Source: an uncultured Hyphomicrobiales bacterium (GTDB taxonomy: Bacteria; Bacteroidota; Ignavibacteria; Kapaibacteriales; UBA2268). Taken from it: 64,000 bases of DNA. The DNA is taken from positions 4,741 to 68,740 of the forward strand of contig CAZXYS010000006.1 in NCBI GenBank assembly GCA_964645005.1. Reading direction: 5' to 3'. Both the position numbers and the translations under genes were made by a program. The notes beneath the pieces are model-generated. The model searched no databases, was not told where the DNA came from, and was given only the letters and a program-made list of their open reading frames with translations. Of this stretch, positions 28,780-38,280 are shown piece after piece (the first letter of the stretch is position 1; each line of letters starts with the position of its first letter).

Positions 28780-28965
28780 CATTATAAGAATTCCCTCATC
28801 CCTAAATCCCTTTTCCCAAGTGTAGAAGGGACTTTCAGTGTAATAAGAAATTCTTACACCCTTCTCCCGCCGGGAGAAGGGCTGGGGATGAGGGGGAAAA
28901 GAGATTGTTTATGTTCTAATGCAAAAATCAGGGTTTAATGTAACATCCGGATTAAGATGACGCTT
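28780..28965 (-). repeat. MITE-like hairpin repeat, family 1, full-length copy C (inverted)
   Basis: Its reverse complement aligns along its length with copy B (aatccggatgttacat...ccccctcatccccagcccttctcccgccgggagaagggtgtaagaatttctt...gggatgagggaattcttataatgaattttccgg). Confidence 0.7.
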
Positions 28966-29034
28966 CTGAGACACCATCTTGGGAATAATGGAAATATTCT
29001 TAAATTTTATATAATGAAAAACTACGTCTACGTA

Positions 29035-32000
29035 CTATGGCAAAATAACTATCTTAGCCACAGATTTTCTTGATTGCTTATTTACGGATAAGAAATACAG
29101 CCCCGGCTGTAAATCATTTATTTTGGAAATGTTCACAGTCCTTGTATTTCGCCCTGAATCATAAAACCTGCTGCCGCTTGAATAGATCTCATTACCCATA
29201 GCATCCCTCAGTTTAATGTTAACGTATCCAGCCTCCGGATTTTCAAAAGTGACCATAAATATATCCACCGCCGGATTAGGATAGACTTTGAGATTTAAAT
29301 CTTTAGCGGAACTGTATTCCATCACCCCGGTGTACACCGAATTCTTTCTGCCCGGCGTGCCGTTCATTACGTACGATGCCTGCCACGACTCGGGCAGCGA
29401 ATTGTCCAGCCCCGGGTTCTTCAATTCCATTGTCAATCCGGTTTCAACACAGTTTCCCGGCCAGGGGGAAGAGGGCAGATATTCCACTTTGTCGACAAGC
29501 TCGTCATTGGAATCATATAATCTTACCGCATCATCAGTCCCAAATCCGTAAGTGAAATCCTTAGGATAATGCTCAACATTGGGATGCACACTCTCGAAAT
29601 TATTTATATCCCTGCAAATAACCATGTATTCATCACTTTTGATATTCGTTTCCTGGTCAAAAATGAAGATATGGGAATCATCGTCATCTTTAATCTTCCA
29701 GCCGCTGATATTGATATCGTAATCATCAGCATTGTACAGTTCAATCCAGTCTTTGCTGTCCCTTTCGTCGGGCGGAGACTTATACATTATTTCGTTTATG
29801 ATAATTTTGCCTTCATATTGATGGATTTTATCCTCGAATTCAGCTTTCAATGTGACATTCTCAGGTAAATTAACTTTTAACTGCGGCAAACGTGCTTCCA
29901 TAGTATCGGAGAATATGGAGCGATCGCTGATCCATCGCTTGAATTCCATGCCTTCCGGGGGGGTTGCTTCCAATTCAACCGGCACTCCCTGGAAATAGAT
30001 TCCATTCCACGGAAACTCGTCAATGTTAATTGAATTCACTCTGATCTCACCGCCAGTGTGATTTGCATTTATTTCAAGTTTTGCTGTTCCGGTTAAGTTG
30101 AAATACTCAGCATAATGATCAGGTAAATAATTTAAACGAAGCTCATAGAATTTTTTTATTGACTCAATTTCATCTTCCCAATCAATAGCTGCTGAATCCC
30201 ACCTTTTTCTGTGCCTAATGATTTGTGGTCTGATAATATTTGCCAGACTATCTACTATTGGTACAACATTTTCAGCCTGCAGTACCGTGTTCATTAAATC
30301 CGCACTTTTATTGATGAATTTATGCCTAAACACCATGTTTTCCAAAAACTTACTAAAAATTGTCGGGAACGGCCATTTTTGTTTTAAAGTAAACTTAAGC
30401 ATATTATGGTTAAGCATGTATGCCCGGGAAGTACCGTCAAGATCATTTAGAATCCACCGCCATTTCCCATCTAATGAATCTGAGCGCCAATATTTTAGAT
30501 TTTTATAGGGCCAATCAAGATTTGTATTATAGAATTCAATGATGGCGTATTCCATAATGTTTTCAATATCTACACTTCTATTAATAAATTCATAGGAACC
30601 TGGTTTGTTAAAATCCATAGTTTCAATACTGTCATACATATTAAATAACTTAATTCCATCGCCATGTAATCTACCGTTAGCATCTTCATACAAATCAATT
30701 GTGTTTTTTGGGATGTCATATTTTAGACTGATTTGATCTTCATGTATTCTCTCTCTTATATTTTCGATCCCCCAGTATTCGCCATTCAGGAAAACAATGG
30801 CGGGGCTAAAAGCCATTGCATCAAGATTGTGGAAATCTTCTGCCAAAACAGCACAAATCCCATCTCTTATTATGCTGCTTTTCCATTCCGTACCGCCGTT
30901 ACGAACAATTAGGTGATCATATTTGTCCATTCCTTTATCCCCGAAAAAGGGATAATCAAAATATTTTTCACCGTAAATACTTCGCGCGTATAATCTCACT
31001 GATTTTTGCGGATGATATCTTGATGCATGACCGTGTACTCTCGCCCCCGCCCCCGATTCATACTTTAATTCCTTATCATCTCCCCATAACTCGAAATTGA
31101 CCGGTATTTCAATATCTTTGAATAAGTTATCTTTCACGAAAATGCCGTTCTCCTTGTTCCATAGATCCTCCGGGTCAGCAGACAAAGATATTACCTGCAA
31201 CGGAATGTCTTCATCAATGAAGTAAGTGTTGGATACTATCCTGCCGGGTAAAAGCGCATCATTGAATGCTCTGGCTCTTATAAGTGTCGTCGTATCGATT
31301 GTGATCGTTTCGCCGGTATATCGTATCGAGCCGCTGTCAGGCTCAGAGCCGTCTTTTGTATAATAGATATTAGCTTTATCATCATTGACACTTAATGTTA
31401 CCGTTTTATTCCCTTCGAACCAGCCGCCTTTATTTGAAAATATAGGGTCTGCGGTTCTTCCGGGGCAGCCTTGTAAATTTTCTTTTTCTGGTGTTGGATT
31501 CGGGCAAAATGAAAATTCGCCTTCTCCATCGGGGAATCTACTATAGGAAATATCCGTTATCTGATCGGTAAATATGACTTTATCTATTAATTCACCTCTC
31601 GAATTCCATAGAAATAACGATTCTGATTGTCTGTTAAGTTTAAAATCCGTATGTAATTCTCGTGATAAATAGCTTCTGCCTTCTTCGCCGGCGTTGAATT
31701 CAATGTGTTTGAATTTCTCAGGTGAAAAATCTTCCCCGTTGATTTTCAATTCCGAAACCGTTAGTTTTGACATTTGATCTCTATTACCGCTTCCAAAGGC
31801 TATACCAAGATAGATCGTGCCTTCCGGCATTGGAAGATTAATTTCAGCGCCGCAGTACCAGTGTACTCCGTCAGCATTAATGTATCCAAAAAGAGAATCC
31901 CCCCTGCGCTTTAACTTTATGTAGTAACTTGGATATTCCACTTCGACATTCCAAAAAGGCACTATCTTGGGCCATTCTCTTTCTCTGGTCCTGAAATGGA

Positions 32001-32538
32001 ATTTGTAGCCCTTCATTCGCGGGCTTTCGCATACCATAGCGCCATACCTGCAATCTTCAGTCAATTTCTCCCGTACCATCAGACCTGCTTTTGCATTATC
32101 CGCAGCGAAGCGCATAGCATTGAATTTTGCCTCTATTTCAAAATCCCCCTGAATTTCAATATAGTCAAACCTGATGCCGTCAGTTCCATCATAATATCCA
32201 AAGCCCCAGCCGGAGGACTCCATGATATAATTATCCGTGCCTCTTCTGTCCAGTCCCGAAGCATAAACCATCAATCTCTCACCCGGTTCAACTCTTCTGT
32301 CAGGAATTTCCCATGCTTCCTCAAAATTATTATTATCGCTTACCCTGTATCCCTTTAAATTGACCGGACTATCACCGTTGTTGTATAGCTCAAACCAGTC
32401 AGGGGTCTCCATATTTTCATCATAGTAGCAGCTATGGTTGGAGGCTGCGATTTCGTTGATTTTGATATCGGCTGCTGTACTGTCAATTACAATAACGATC
32501 AATGATAGGAATAGTACAAATCTCCGCTTTAATTTCAT
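29035..32538 (-). CDS. CotH kinase-family protein flanked by lamin-tail domains, with T9SS C-terminal sorting domain (LTD-CotH-LTD-CTD), paralog 1
   Basis: N-terminal LTD (IKINEIAASNHSCYYDENMETPDWFELYNNGDSPVNLKGYRVSDN). Central CotH-like region (LIVRNGGTEW...VFLNGEYWGIENIRE...WRWILNDLDGT). Second LTD (IINEIMYKSPPDERDSKDWIELYNADDYDINISGWKIKDDD). C-terminal KVYPNPAVDIFMVTFEN...GLYFLSV CTD. Confidence 0.7.
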   Translation of the reverse strand: MKLKRRFVLFLSLIVIVIDSTAADIKINEIAASNHSCYYDENMETPDWFELYNNGDSPVNLKGYRVSDNNNFEEAWEIPDRRVEPGERLMVYASGLDRRGTDNYIMESSGWGFGYYDGTDGIRFDYIEIQGDFEIEAKFNAMRFAADNAKAGLMVREKLTEDCRYGAMVCESPRMKGYKFHFRTREREWPKIVPFWNVEVEYPSYYIKLKRRGDSLFGYINADGVHWYCGAEINLPMPEGTIYLGIAFGSGNRDQMSKLTVSELKINGEDFSPEKFKHIEFNAGEEGRSYLSRELHTDFKLNRQSESLFLWNSRGELIDKVIFTDQITDISYSRFPDGEGEFSFCPNPTPEKENLQGCPGRTADPIFSNKGGWFEGNKTVTLSVNDDKANIYYTKDGSEPDSGSIRYTGETITIDTTTLIRARAFNDALLPGRIVSNTYFIDEDIPLQVISLSADPEDLWNKENGIFVKDNLFKDIEIPVNFELWGDDKELKYESGAGARVHGHASRYHPQKSVRLYARSIYGEKYFDYPFFGDKGMDKYDHLIVRNGGTEWKSSIIRDGICAVLAEDFHNLDAMAFSPAIVFLNGEYWGIENIRERIHEDQISLKYDIPKNTIDLYEDANGRLHGDGIKLFNMYDSIETMDFNKPGSYEFINRSVDIENIMEYAIIEFYNTNLDWPYKNLKYWRSDSLDGKWRWILNDLDGTSRAYMLNHNMLKFTLKQKWPFPTIFSKFLENMVFRHKFINKSADLMNTVLQAENVVPIVDSLANIIRPQIIRHRKRWDSAAIDWEDEIESIKKFYELRLNYLPDHYAEYFNLTGTAKLEINANHTGGEIRVNSINIDEFPWNGIYFQGVPVELEATPPEGMEFKRWISDRSIFSDTMEARLPQLKVNLPENVTLKAEFEDKIHQYEGKIIINEIMYKSPPDERDSKDWIELYNADDYDINISGWKIKDDDDSHIFIFDQETNIKSDEYMVICRDINNFESVHPNVEHYPKDFTYGFGTDDAVRLYDSNDELVDKVEYLPSSPWPGNCVETGLTMELKNPGLDNSLPESWQASYVMNGTPGRKNSVYTGVMEYSSAKDLNLKVYPNPAVDIFMVTFENPEAGYVNIKLRDAMGNEIYSSGSRFYDSGRNTRTVNISKINDLQPGLYFLSVNKQSRKSVAKIVILP

Positions 32539-32630
32539 TTCTCTACCCTTATTTTAATAATAACCTATATCTGTTACACCGTATCAAATCGCCATAATTA
32601 TAGTAATATTATTTTTCCTATCCCTTAATG

Positions 32631-35600
32631 TTATGGTAATACAATTATCTTTTTTACTACTTTTTCATGTGCTTTATTTACGGACAAAAAATATGTTCCT
32701 GAATTGTTGGCGGTAATTTTTGAAATATTCATAGAAATATCTGTTATGCCCTTCTTATAAAAGTGTTTTCCTGTGGAATAAATCTTATTGCCCAATACAT
32801 CATGCAACTCGATTACAACATGTCCCGAATTAGGATTTTCTATCGAGATATTTATCCTATCTGTTGCAGGGTTGGGATATATTTCCAAACTCAAACCAGA
32901 TATTGTCCTGTAGTCGAGAATGCCTACATAGACCGAATTCTTTCTGCCCGGCGTGCCGTTCATTACGTACGATGCCTGCCACGACTCGGGCAGCGAATTG
33001 TCCAGCCCCGGGTTCTTCAATTCCATTGTCAATCCGGTTTCAACACAGTTTCCCGGCCAGGGGGAAGAGGGCAGATATTCCACTTTGTCGACAAGCTCGT
33101 CATTGGAATCATATAATCTTACCGCATCATCAGTCCCAAATCCGTAAGTGAAATCCTTAGGATAATGCTCAACATTGGGATGCACACTCTCGAAATTATT
33201 TATATCCCTGCAAATAACCATGTATTCATCACTTTTGATATTCGTTTCCTGGTCAAAAATGAAGATATGGGAATCATCGTCATCTTTAATCTTCCAGCCG
33301 CTGATATTGATATCGTAATCATCAGCATTATACAATTCAATCCAGTCTTTGGAATCATTCTCGCCGGGCGGCGATTTATACATTATTTCGTTTATGACAA
33401 TTTTACCGTCATTTTGAAGCTCTGCTTTCTTGAATTTTGCTTTTAAATTCACAGAGTTTGGCAATGAAACAGTAATTTTGGGCTCAAAAGCATCAAGAGT
33501 ATCTTCGAAAATTGACCTGTCGCAAACCCATTTGTGAAAAATCAAATTATCTGTCGGTTCAGCTTCAATTTGAACGGGCACATCTTGAAAATAAATGCCA
33601 TTCCACGGGAATTCAGATATAGTAATATCATTTATCTTTATTTGCCCGTTTGATGGTTCAGTGTTTATTTTCAAATTTGCTATACCGCTTAATTCGAAGA
33701 AATCTACATAGTGTTTTGGAAAATGTTCTAATCTATGGTTTATATAATATTTAATGGCAAAAATCTCTCCTTCCCAATTAATTGCGGAAGTATCCCATTT
33801 TCTGCGATGCCTTTGTAAATTTGGTTTTATAATATCAACTAAACTGTCAACAATAGGCAATACATTGGTAGGTTGCAAAACCGTGTTTATAAATTCGGCA
33901 GTTTTATTAATAAATTTATTTTTGAATTTAGGATTTTTAAAAAAATTAAGTAAGATATCTGAAAAGGGACATTCTTTATGAGAAAGACGCTTAAAACAAT
34001 CATACTCGGCATTTCCCAAATAACCGAAGGTCCAGTCCAAATCATTTAATATCCATCTCCATTTGCCATCTAATGAATCAGAACGCCAGAATTTGAGATT
34101 TTTATGTGGCCAATCAAAATTGCCGGTATATAATTCCATAATTACATATTCCATGATATTATTGATATCCACATTTCTCTCAATAAAATCATAGGCTTCG
34201 TCCGCCTCAAAGTCAATTATCTTAATGCTATCAAGCAAACTATACAATTCTTTACCGTCCCCATGTAGTAATACGTTCGAATCTTCATACAGATCTATTG
34301 ATTTAGTTGGTATATCATGTTTCAAATGTAAATAATCTTCGTGGACTCTTTCTCTTATCTTTTCGATTCCCCAATACTCTCCATTAATAAACATTATAAC
34401 CGGCGTAACAGCCAATGCATCCAGATTTGAGAAATCATCGGCTAATATCGCGCAAATAGCATCTCTTATCAGGCTCTCTTTCCATTCGTTCCCACCATTA
34501 CGCAGTACAATGTGATTATATTTCTCCAGTCCTTTATCCCCGAAGAAAGGATATGAAAAATACTTGTCACCATAAATATTTCTGGCATATAATCTCATGC
34601 ACTTCTGGGGAAAACTTGTTGAACCTTGTCCATGTAATTTTGCTCCGGCTCGGGTTTCATATTTTAAGCTTTTATCAACTCCCCACAATTCAAAATTCAC
34701 CGGTATCTCTATATCAGCAGATATATTGCTATCATGGAAAATTCCTATTTCTTCATCCCAAAGGTCCTTTGGCTCAACAGCTATGGAAACTGTCGGTAAA
34801 GGAAATTCTTCTTCAATAAAGTAAGTATTCGATACAATGCGGCTGTTTAAAAGTTTATCATTGAAAGCTTTAGCCCTGATACAGGTTGTTGTATCGAGCA
34901 CAATAGTTTCACCTGTGTATTTGCTCGAGTTAATATCCGGTTCTGAGCCGTCTTTGGTATAGTAAATATCTGCATCTTGATCCGGCGAACTTATAGATAT
35001 CGTGGCTTTTCCTTCAAACCATCCGCCTTCATTTGAGAAAACCGGATCGGGGGTTTTTCCGGCAATTCCTTTGTCATTCTCTTTCTCGGGACTGGGTTTT
35101 GTGCAATAAGAGAAGTCTCCGCTGCCGTCAGGAAATCTGCCATAAGAAACATCCGTATACTGTTCCGAGAAAACAACTTTATCGAGCAATTCTCCTTTGG
35201 CATTCCATAAAAATAATGACTCTTTTTCTCTGTTTAGCTTGAAATCTGTATGCAATTCATTCGAATAATAGCTTCTCCCTTTTTTGCCTGTATTGAATTC
35301 TATAGAATGAAAATTTTCAGGTAAAAACTCTTTTCCATTAATTTTCAAATTAGTAACAGTCAATTTTGATATATGATTATAAGCACCACTCGTTAAAGCA
35401 ACTCCTAAATATACAGTATCCTGTTCCATTTGTAATTTTGCCCTTGCATCACAAGTCCAATGTACACCATCAGTACTAATATAGCAGAAAAGTGAATCAC
35501 CTTCCCTTTTAAATCTCATAAGATAGCTTGGATATTCAGCCAGAAAATTCCATAACCGGGATCTAATTGGTAACTTACCTTCATCGCTTCTATAAATAAA

Positions 35601-36188
35601 CCTGTATGCCTTTGTCACTTGGTTTTCACAAACCAGTGCAGCATATTTGCTGTCATCAGTCAATTTCTCTCTTACCATTAAACCGGCTTTGCTTTCGGGC
35701 AATGTTAATCTTAAAGCATCAAATCTTACATGTATCTCAAAATCGCCGCTTATCTTAATATAACTAAATCCAAACCCATCAATTTTATGCTTAAAAGAGA
35801 ATCCCCAGCCGGAGGACTCCATGATATAATTATCCGTGCCTCTTCTGTCCAGTCCCGAAGCATAAACCATCAATCTCTCACCCGGTTCAACTCTTCTGTC
35901 AGGAATTTCCCATGCTTCCTCAAAATTATTATTATCGCTTACCCTGTATCCCTTTAAATTGACCGGACTATCACCGTTGTTGTATAGCTCAAACCAGTCA
36001 GGGGGCTCCATATTTTCATCATAGTAGCAGCTATGGTTGGAGGCTGCTATCTCATTGATTACTATTTCTGCAATTGCACTTGAGCAGCAAATTATGAAAA
36101 AAAGTGTTCCTATTAAAATTTTCCACATTAGATACATAGATCCATTCCTTCTTTTGTTACAATGATCATTATAAACCGTAATAGTCAA
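32631..36188 (-). CDS. CotH kinase-family protein flanked by lamin-tail domains with T9SS C-terminal sorting domain, paralog 2
   Basis: Same architecture as 29035-32538. N- and C-terminal LTDs are nucleotide-identical to paralog 1 over ~265 bp and ~400 bp. The central CotH region and the CTD are diverged. True start is probably an internal Met (MYLMWKILIGTLFFIICCSSAIA signal, near 36137). Confidence 0.7.
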   Translation of the reverse strand: MTITVYNDHCNKRRNGSMYLMWKILIGTLFFIICCSSAIAEIVINEIAASNHSCYYDENMEPPDWFELYNNGDSPVNLKGYRVSDNNNFEEAWEIPDRRVEPGERLMVYASGLDRRGTDNYIMESSGWGFSFKHKIDGFGFSYIKISGDFEIHVRFDALRLTLPESKAGLMVREKLTDDSKYAALVCENQVTKAYRFIYRSDEGKLPIRSRLWNFLAEYPSYLMRFKREGDSLFCYISTDGVHWTCDARAKLQMEQDTVYLGVALTSGAYNHISKLTVTNLKINGKEFLPENFHSIEFNTGKKGRSYYSNELHTDFKLNREKESLFLWNAKGELLDKVVFSEQYTDVSYGRFPDGSGDFSYCTKPSPEKENDKGIAGKTPDPVFSNEGGWFEGKATISISSPDQDADIYYTKDGSEPDINSSKYTGETIVLDTTTCIRAKAFNDKLLNSRIVSNTYFIEEEFPLPTVSIAVEPKDLWDEEIGIFHDSNISADIEIPVNFELWGVDKSLKYETRAGAKLHGQGSTSFPQKCMRLYARNIYGDKYFSYPFFGDKGLEKYNHIVLRNGGNEWKESLIRDAICAILADDFSNLDALAVTPVIMFINGEYWGIEKIRERVHEDYLHLKHDIPTKSIDLYEDSNVLLHGDGKELYSLLDSIKIIDFEADEAYDFIERNVDINNIMEYVIMELYTGNFDWPHKNLKFWRSDSLDGKWRWILNDLDWTFGYLGNAEYDCFKRLSHKECPFSDILLNFFKNPKFKNKFINKTAEFINTVLQPTNVLPIVDSLVDIIKPNLQRHRRKWDTSAINWEGEIFAIKYYINHRLEHFPKHYVDFFELSGIANLKINTEPSNGQIKINDITISEFPWNGIYFQDVPVQIEAEPTDNLIFHKWVCDRSIFEDTLDAFEPKITVSLPNSVNLKAKFKKAELQNDGKIVINEIMYKSPPGENDSKDWIELYNADDYDINISGWKIKDDDDSHIFIFDQETNIKSDEYMVICRDINNFESVHPNVEHYPKDFTYGFGTDDAVRLYDSNDELVDKVEYLPSSPWPGNCVETGLTMELKNPGLDNSLPESWQASYVMNGTPGRKNSVYVGILDYRTISGLSLEIYPNPATDRINISIENPNSGHVVIELHDVLGNKIYSTGKHFYKKGITDISMNISKITANNSGTYFLSVNKAHEKVVKKIIVLP

Positions 36189-36210
36189 GCATGTGTTATT
36201 TTTTATTTAG

Positions 36211-36885
36211 TTAATGCAACTCAAAGCTGTACTTATAATAAAAAGCCAGAATTCTCTCAATATCCGGCTCCTCAATATTGAATTCATTTTCATAGCGGTA
36301 GAAGATATCCAATTCATGACCATTGTCCAGATTAATCTCCACACCGACAGATAATTTGTATTTTAGAAAGCGGTCACCTTCATCCCAATTGAATCTGTAA
36401 AAGGCTTCGCTGCTCAAATACGGATTTACCGGACCTTTGAGATTGTAGTCTATCGCGAACTTATTGCGCCAGAAAACTCGATTATTATCGTCCACGCGAT
36501 ATTCTTTATCATAGCGGGAGCGAAGCTGAAATTCGAATCTATCTATTTCATATTCAAGATAGATTGTAGGTCGCAATTCATGCTGCTTTTTGTCAGTATA
36601 AAGATTATACCTGTAAGCTAAAGCCAGATCAACATATTTATGCAGATCGTATTGAAAACCATAGGATGCAATGCTGTTCTTCATATTTTTGCCGCTGTTT
36701 CGCAATCTTATCTCCTGTTCATATTCAAAATCAAGATCTTTGGATAGTTCAAATTCAATTTGCATTCCCATCCAGAATTCATTTTCATTATCCTGCGACT
36801 GTGCCGTAACAATACTGAAAATTATTAAACAACTGCAAAAAAATACTTTTCTTAAATATATATTCCTGTAATTTATAACATACAT
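36211..36885 (-). CDS. Putative outer-membrane beta-barrel protein (DUF2490-like)
   Basis: Signal peptide, then alternating hydrophobic/aromatic beta-strand-like segments rich in Tyr/Phe/Arg/Glu (YRYNLY, YLEYEIDRFEFQLRSRYDKEYRV). 21-22 bp gaps to both neighbours in the operon. Confidence 0.35.
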   Translation of the reverse strand: MYVINYRNIYLRKVFFCSCLIIFSIVTAQSQDNENEFWMGMQIEFELSKDLDFEYEQEIRLRNSGKNMKNSIASYGFQYDLHKYVDLALAYRYNLYTDKKQHELRPTIYLEYEIDRFEFQLRSRYDKEYRVDDNNRVFWRNKFAIDYNLKGPVNPYLSSEAFYRFNWDEGDRFLKYKLSVGVEINLDNGHELDIFYRYENEFNIEEPDIERILAFYYKYSFELH

Positions 36886-36906
36886 TATAAAATACGCTTT
36901 CTGATT

Positions 36907-37515
36907 TTATTCATAATAAAATATCTTGACATTAGCCGTATCCTGCAGGAAGTCGATCCTGCCGATTTCATATCTGTGAATATTTAACCCTGTACGCTTT
37001 TTCAGATCATCCAGCAAAAGCGCATTATTCTCCGGTTTGATCAGTTCAATTTTCTCATAAGTAATATTCTTGCTAACTTCATTTTTTATCCAGGTCTTCT
37101 CAAGGAATAAAGCAAACGCAGCTATCAATACATTTACAAATAAGATGTTAACCAGCCCGATTTTCTGATTAGCTAAAGCATTGATAATAGCGACGCTTAT
37201 AGAAATAAATAGATAGGTCATTTCCTTGATTGGCACAGTTTCCGTTCTGTACCTGAGTATCGAAAAAATTGCAAACAGCCCGAAAGCAAATCCTATACTC
37301 AGATTGACACTGTTAAGCAGAAAACATACTATAAATACAGCAAGATTGAATAAGACCATCGTAAAGAGATAGTCCCTGTTTTGGGTTATTCTGAAATAGA
37401 TCTGCTTGGTGATGAAATAAACAAATATAAGATTCAGTATAAATCTTGGAATGAATTCCTTAATAAATGAAAATTCAAATAATTCATATTCTGCCATACT
37501 ATTTTGCCCCCACAT
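36907..37515 (-). CDS. DUF4956 family membrane protein
   Basis: Three-to-four TM helices followed by LRYRTETVPIKEMTYLF, which I recall as DUF4956-typical. Overlaps the VTC gene stop. Confidence 0.55.
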   Translation of the reverse strand: MWGQNSMAEYELFEFSFIKEFIPRFILNLIFVYFITKQIYFRITQNRDYLFTMVLFNLAVFIVCFLLNSVNLSIGFAFGLFAIFSILRYRTETVPIKEMTYLFISISVAIINALANQKIGLVNILFVNVLIAAFALFLEKTWIKNEVSKNITYEKIELIKPENNALLLDDLKKRTGLNIHRYEIGRIDFLQDTANVKIFYYE

Positions 37516-38280
37516 TACTTTTACAAATTTTTCGAATAGAAATTAGCTTGGACTTCAATCGATTGTATTTCACCTCGGGAACTGTCAATACCGTTCCAAT
37601 ACAATATTTGCTGAATGAAGCGGGTTTTATACCATATTCTTTCACAATATTGGCAAATCGGGAATTTTGATTCTTTCCCGGAAATTTAACCTCCGCTACT
37701 ACTAATCTCTCTAACCTGTTTTCATTTATTGAGTTTTCGAAATAGAGTTCATAGTCGAGTGTTACTTTTTCAGGGATGTTTTTATGAAGCAATGTAATTC
37801 TGTGATAGCTAACCTTTAGCTTTGAATGCAATCTATCGGTATCAATATTGAAAGTCTCCAAAGCTGTTTTTTTCAAAGCCCCGTTAATTCTCTCATTGAA
37901 CTGACCCTGAGGTTCTCTGTATTTTATAACTCTCTTCTTATTATTTTTATATTTTATCTCGAGGAATGTTCTATTTGACTCAACATAGGTTCTATAACGA
38001 ATCTTAATTCTATTTTGCTTGCCATTCACATGATTAGTGAATAAAAAATGATCTTCGGTATCAAAATAGTGATTTTCTATGGAGAAATGCCTTAAGCCAT
38101 CGATATCCAAAATCATATAGTCTCTTTGTAGGTTGGCAAGCAATTCCGGCAGTAAACTTACATTGAAGAAATACTTTTGCTCATACCTGTTGATAAGCTT
38201 TTGGCATCGAGTTGCTCAAGACTCGTTGGCTTGAAAGCACTTAGCATTCTTTTTGTTTCCCTATTTACCTTATTACCCAT
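37499..38280 (-). CDS. VTC (polyphosphate-polymerase/CYTH-like) domain protein, interrupted by an apparent -1 frameshift at an A4 run (~38199-38206)
   Basis: Downstream frame encodes ...LINRYEQKYFFNVSLLPELLANLQRDYMILDIDGLRHFSIENHYFDTED... (VTC N-terminal block). The only ATG starts (38280, 38247) are in the +1 frame, giving MGNKVNRETKRMLSAFKPTSLEQLDAKS before a TAA. The track ORF 37499-38143 starts at an internal TTG. Confidence 0.6.

Noticed and set aside
28510-28938. 142-aa ORF downstream of the SRAP gene
   Set aside because: Spans the inverted MITE-like copy C and its homopolymer tracts. No coding signal.
29288-29551. 87-aa ORF, perfectly duplicated at 32953-33147 (and 29569-29868 / 33165-33446)
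   Set aside because: These lie antisense inside the two CotH genes. They are identical only because the underlying sense-strand LTD segments were homogenised by gene conversion. Low-complexity translation with no start context.
36131-36188. Annotated N-terminal 19 codons of CotH paralog 2 (MTITVYNDHCNKRRNGS...)
   Set aside because: Probably not translated. The signal peptide begins at the internal MYLMWKIL, matching paralog 1's short N-terminus. The gene itself is retained.
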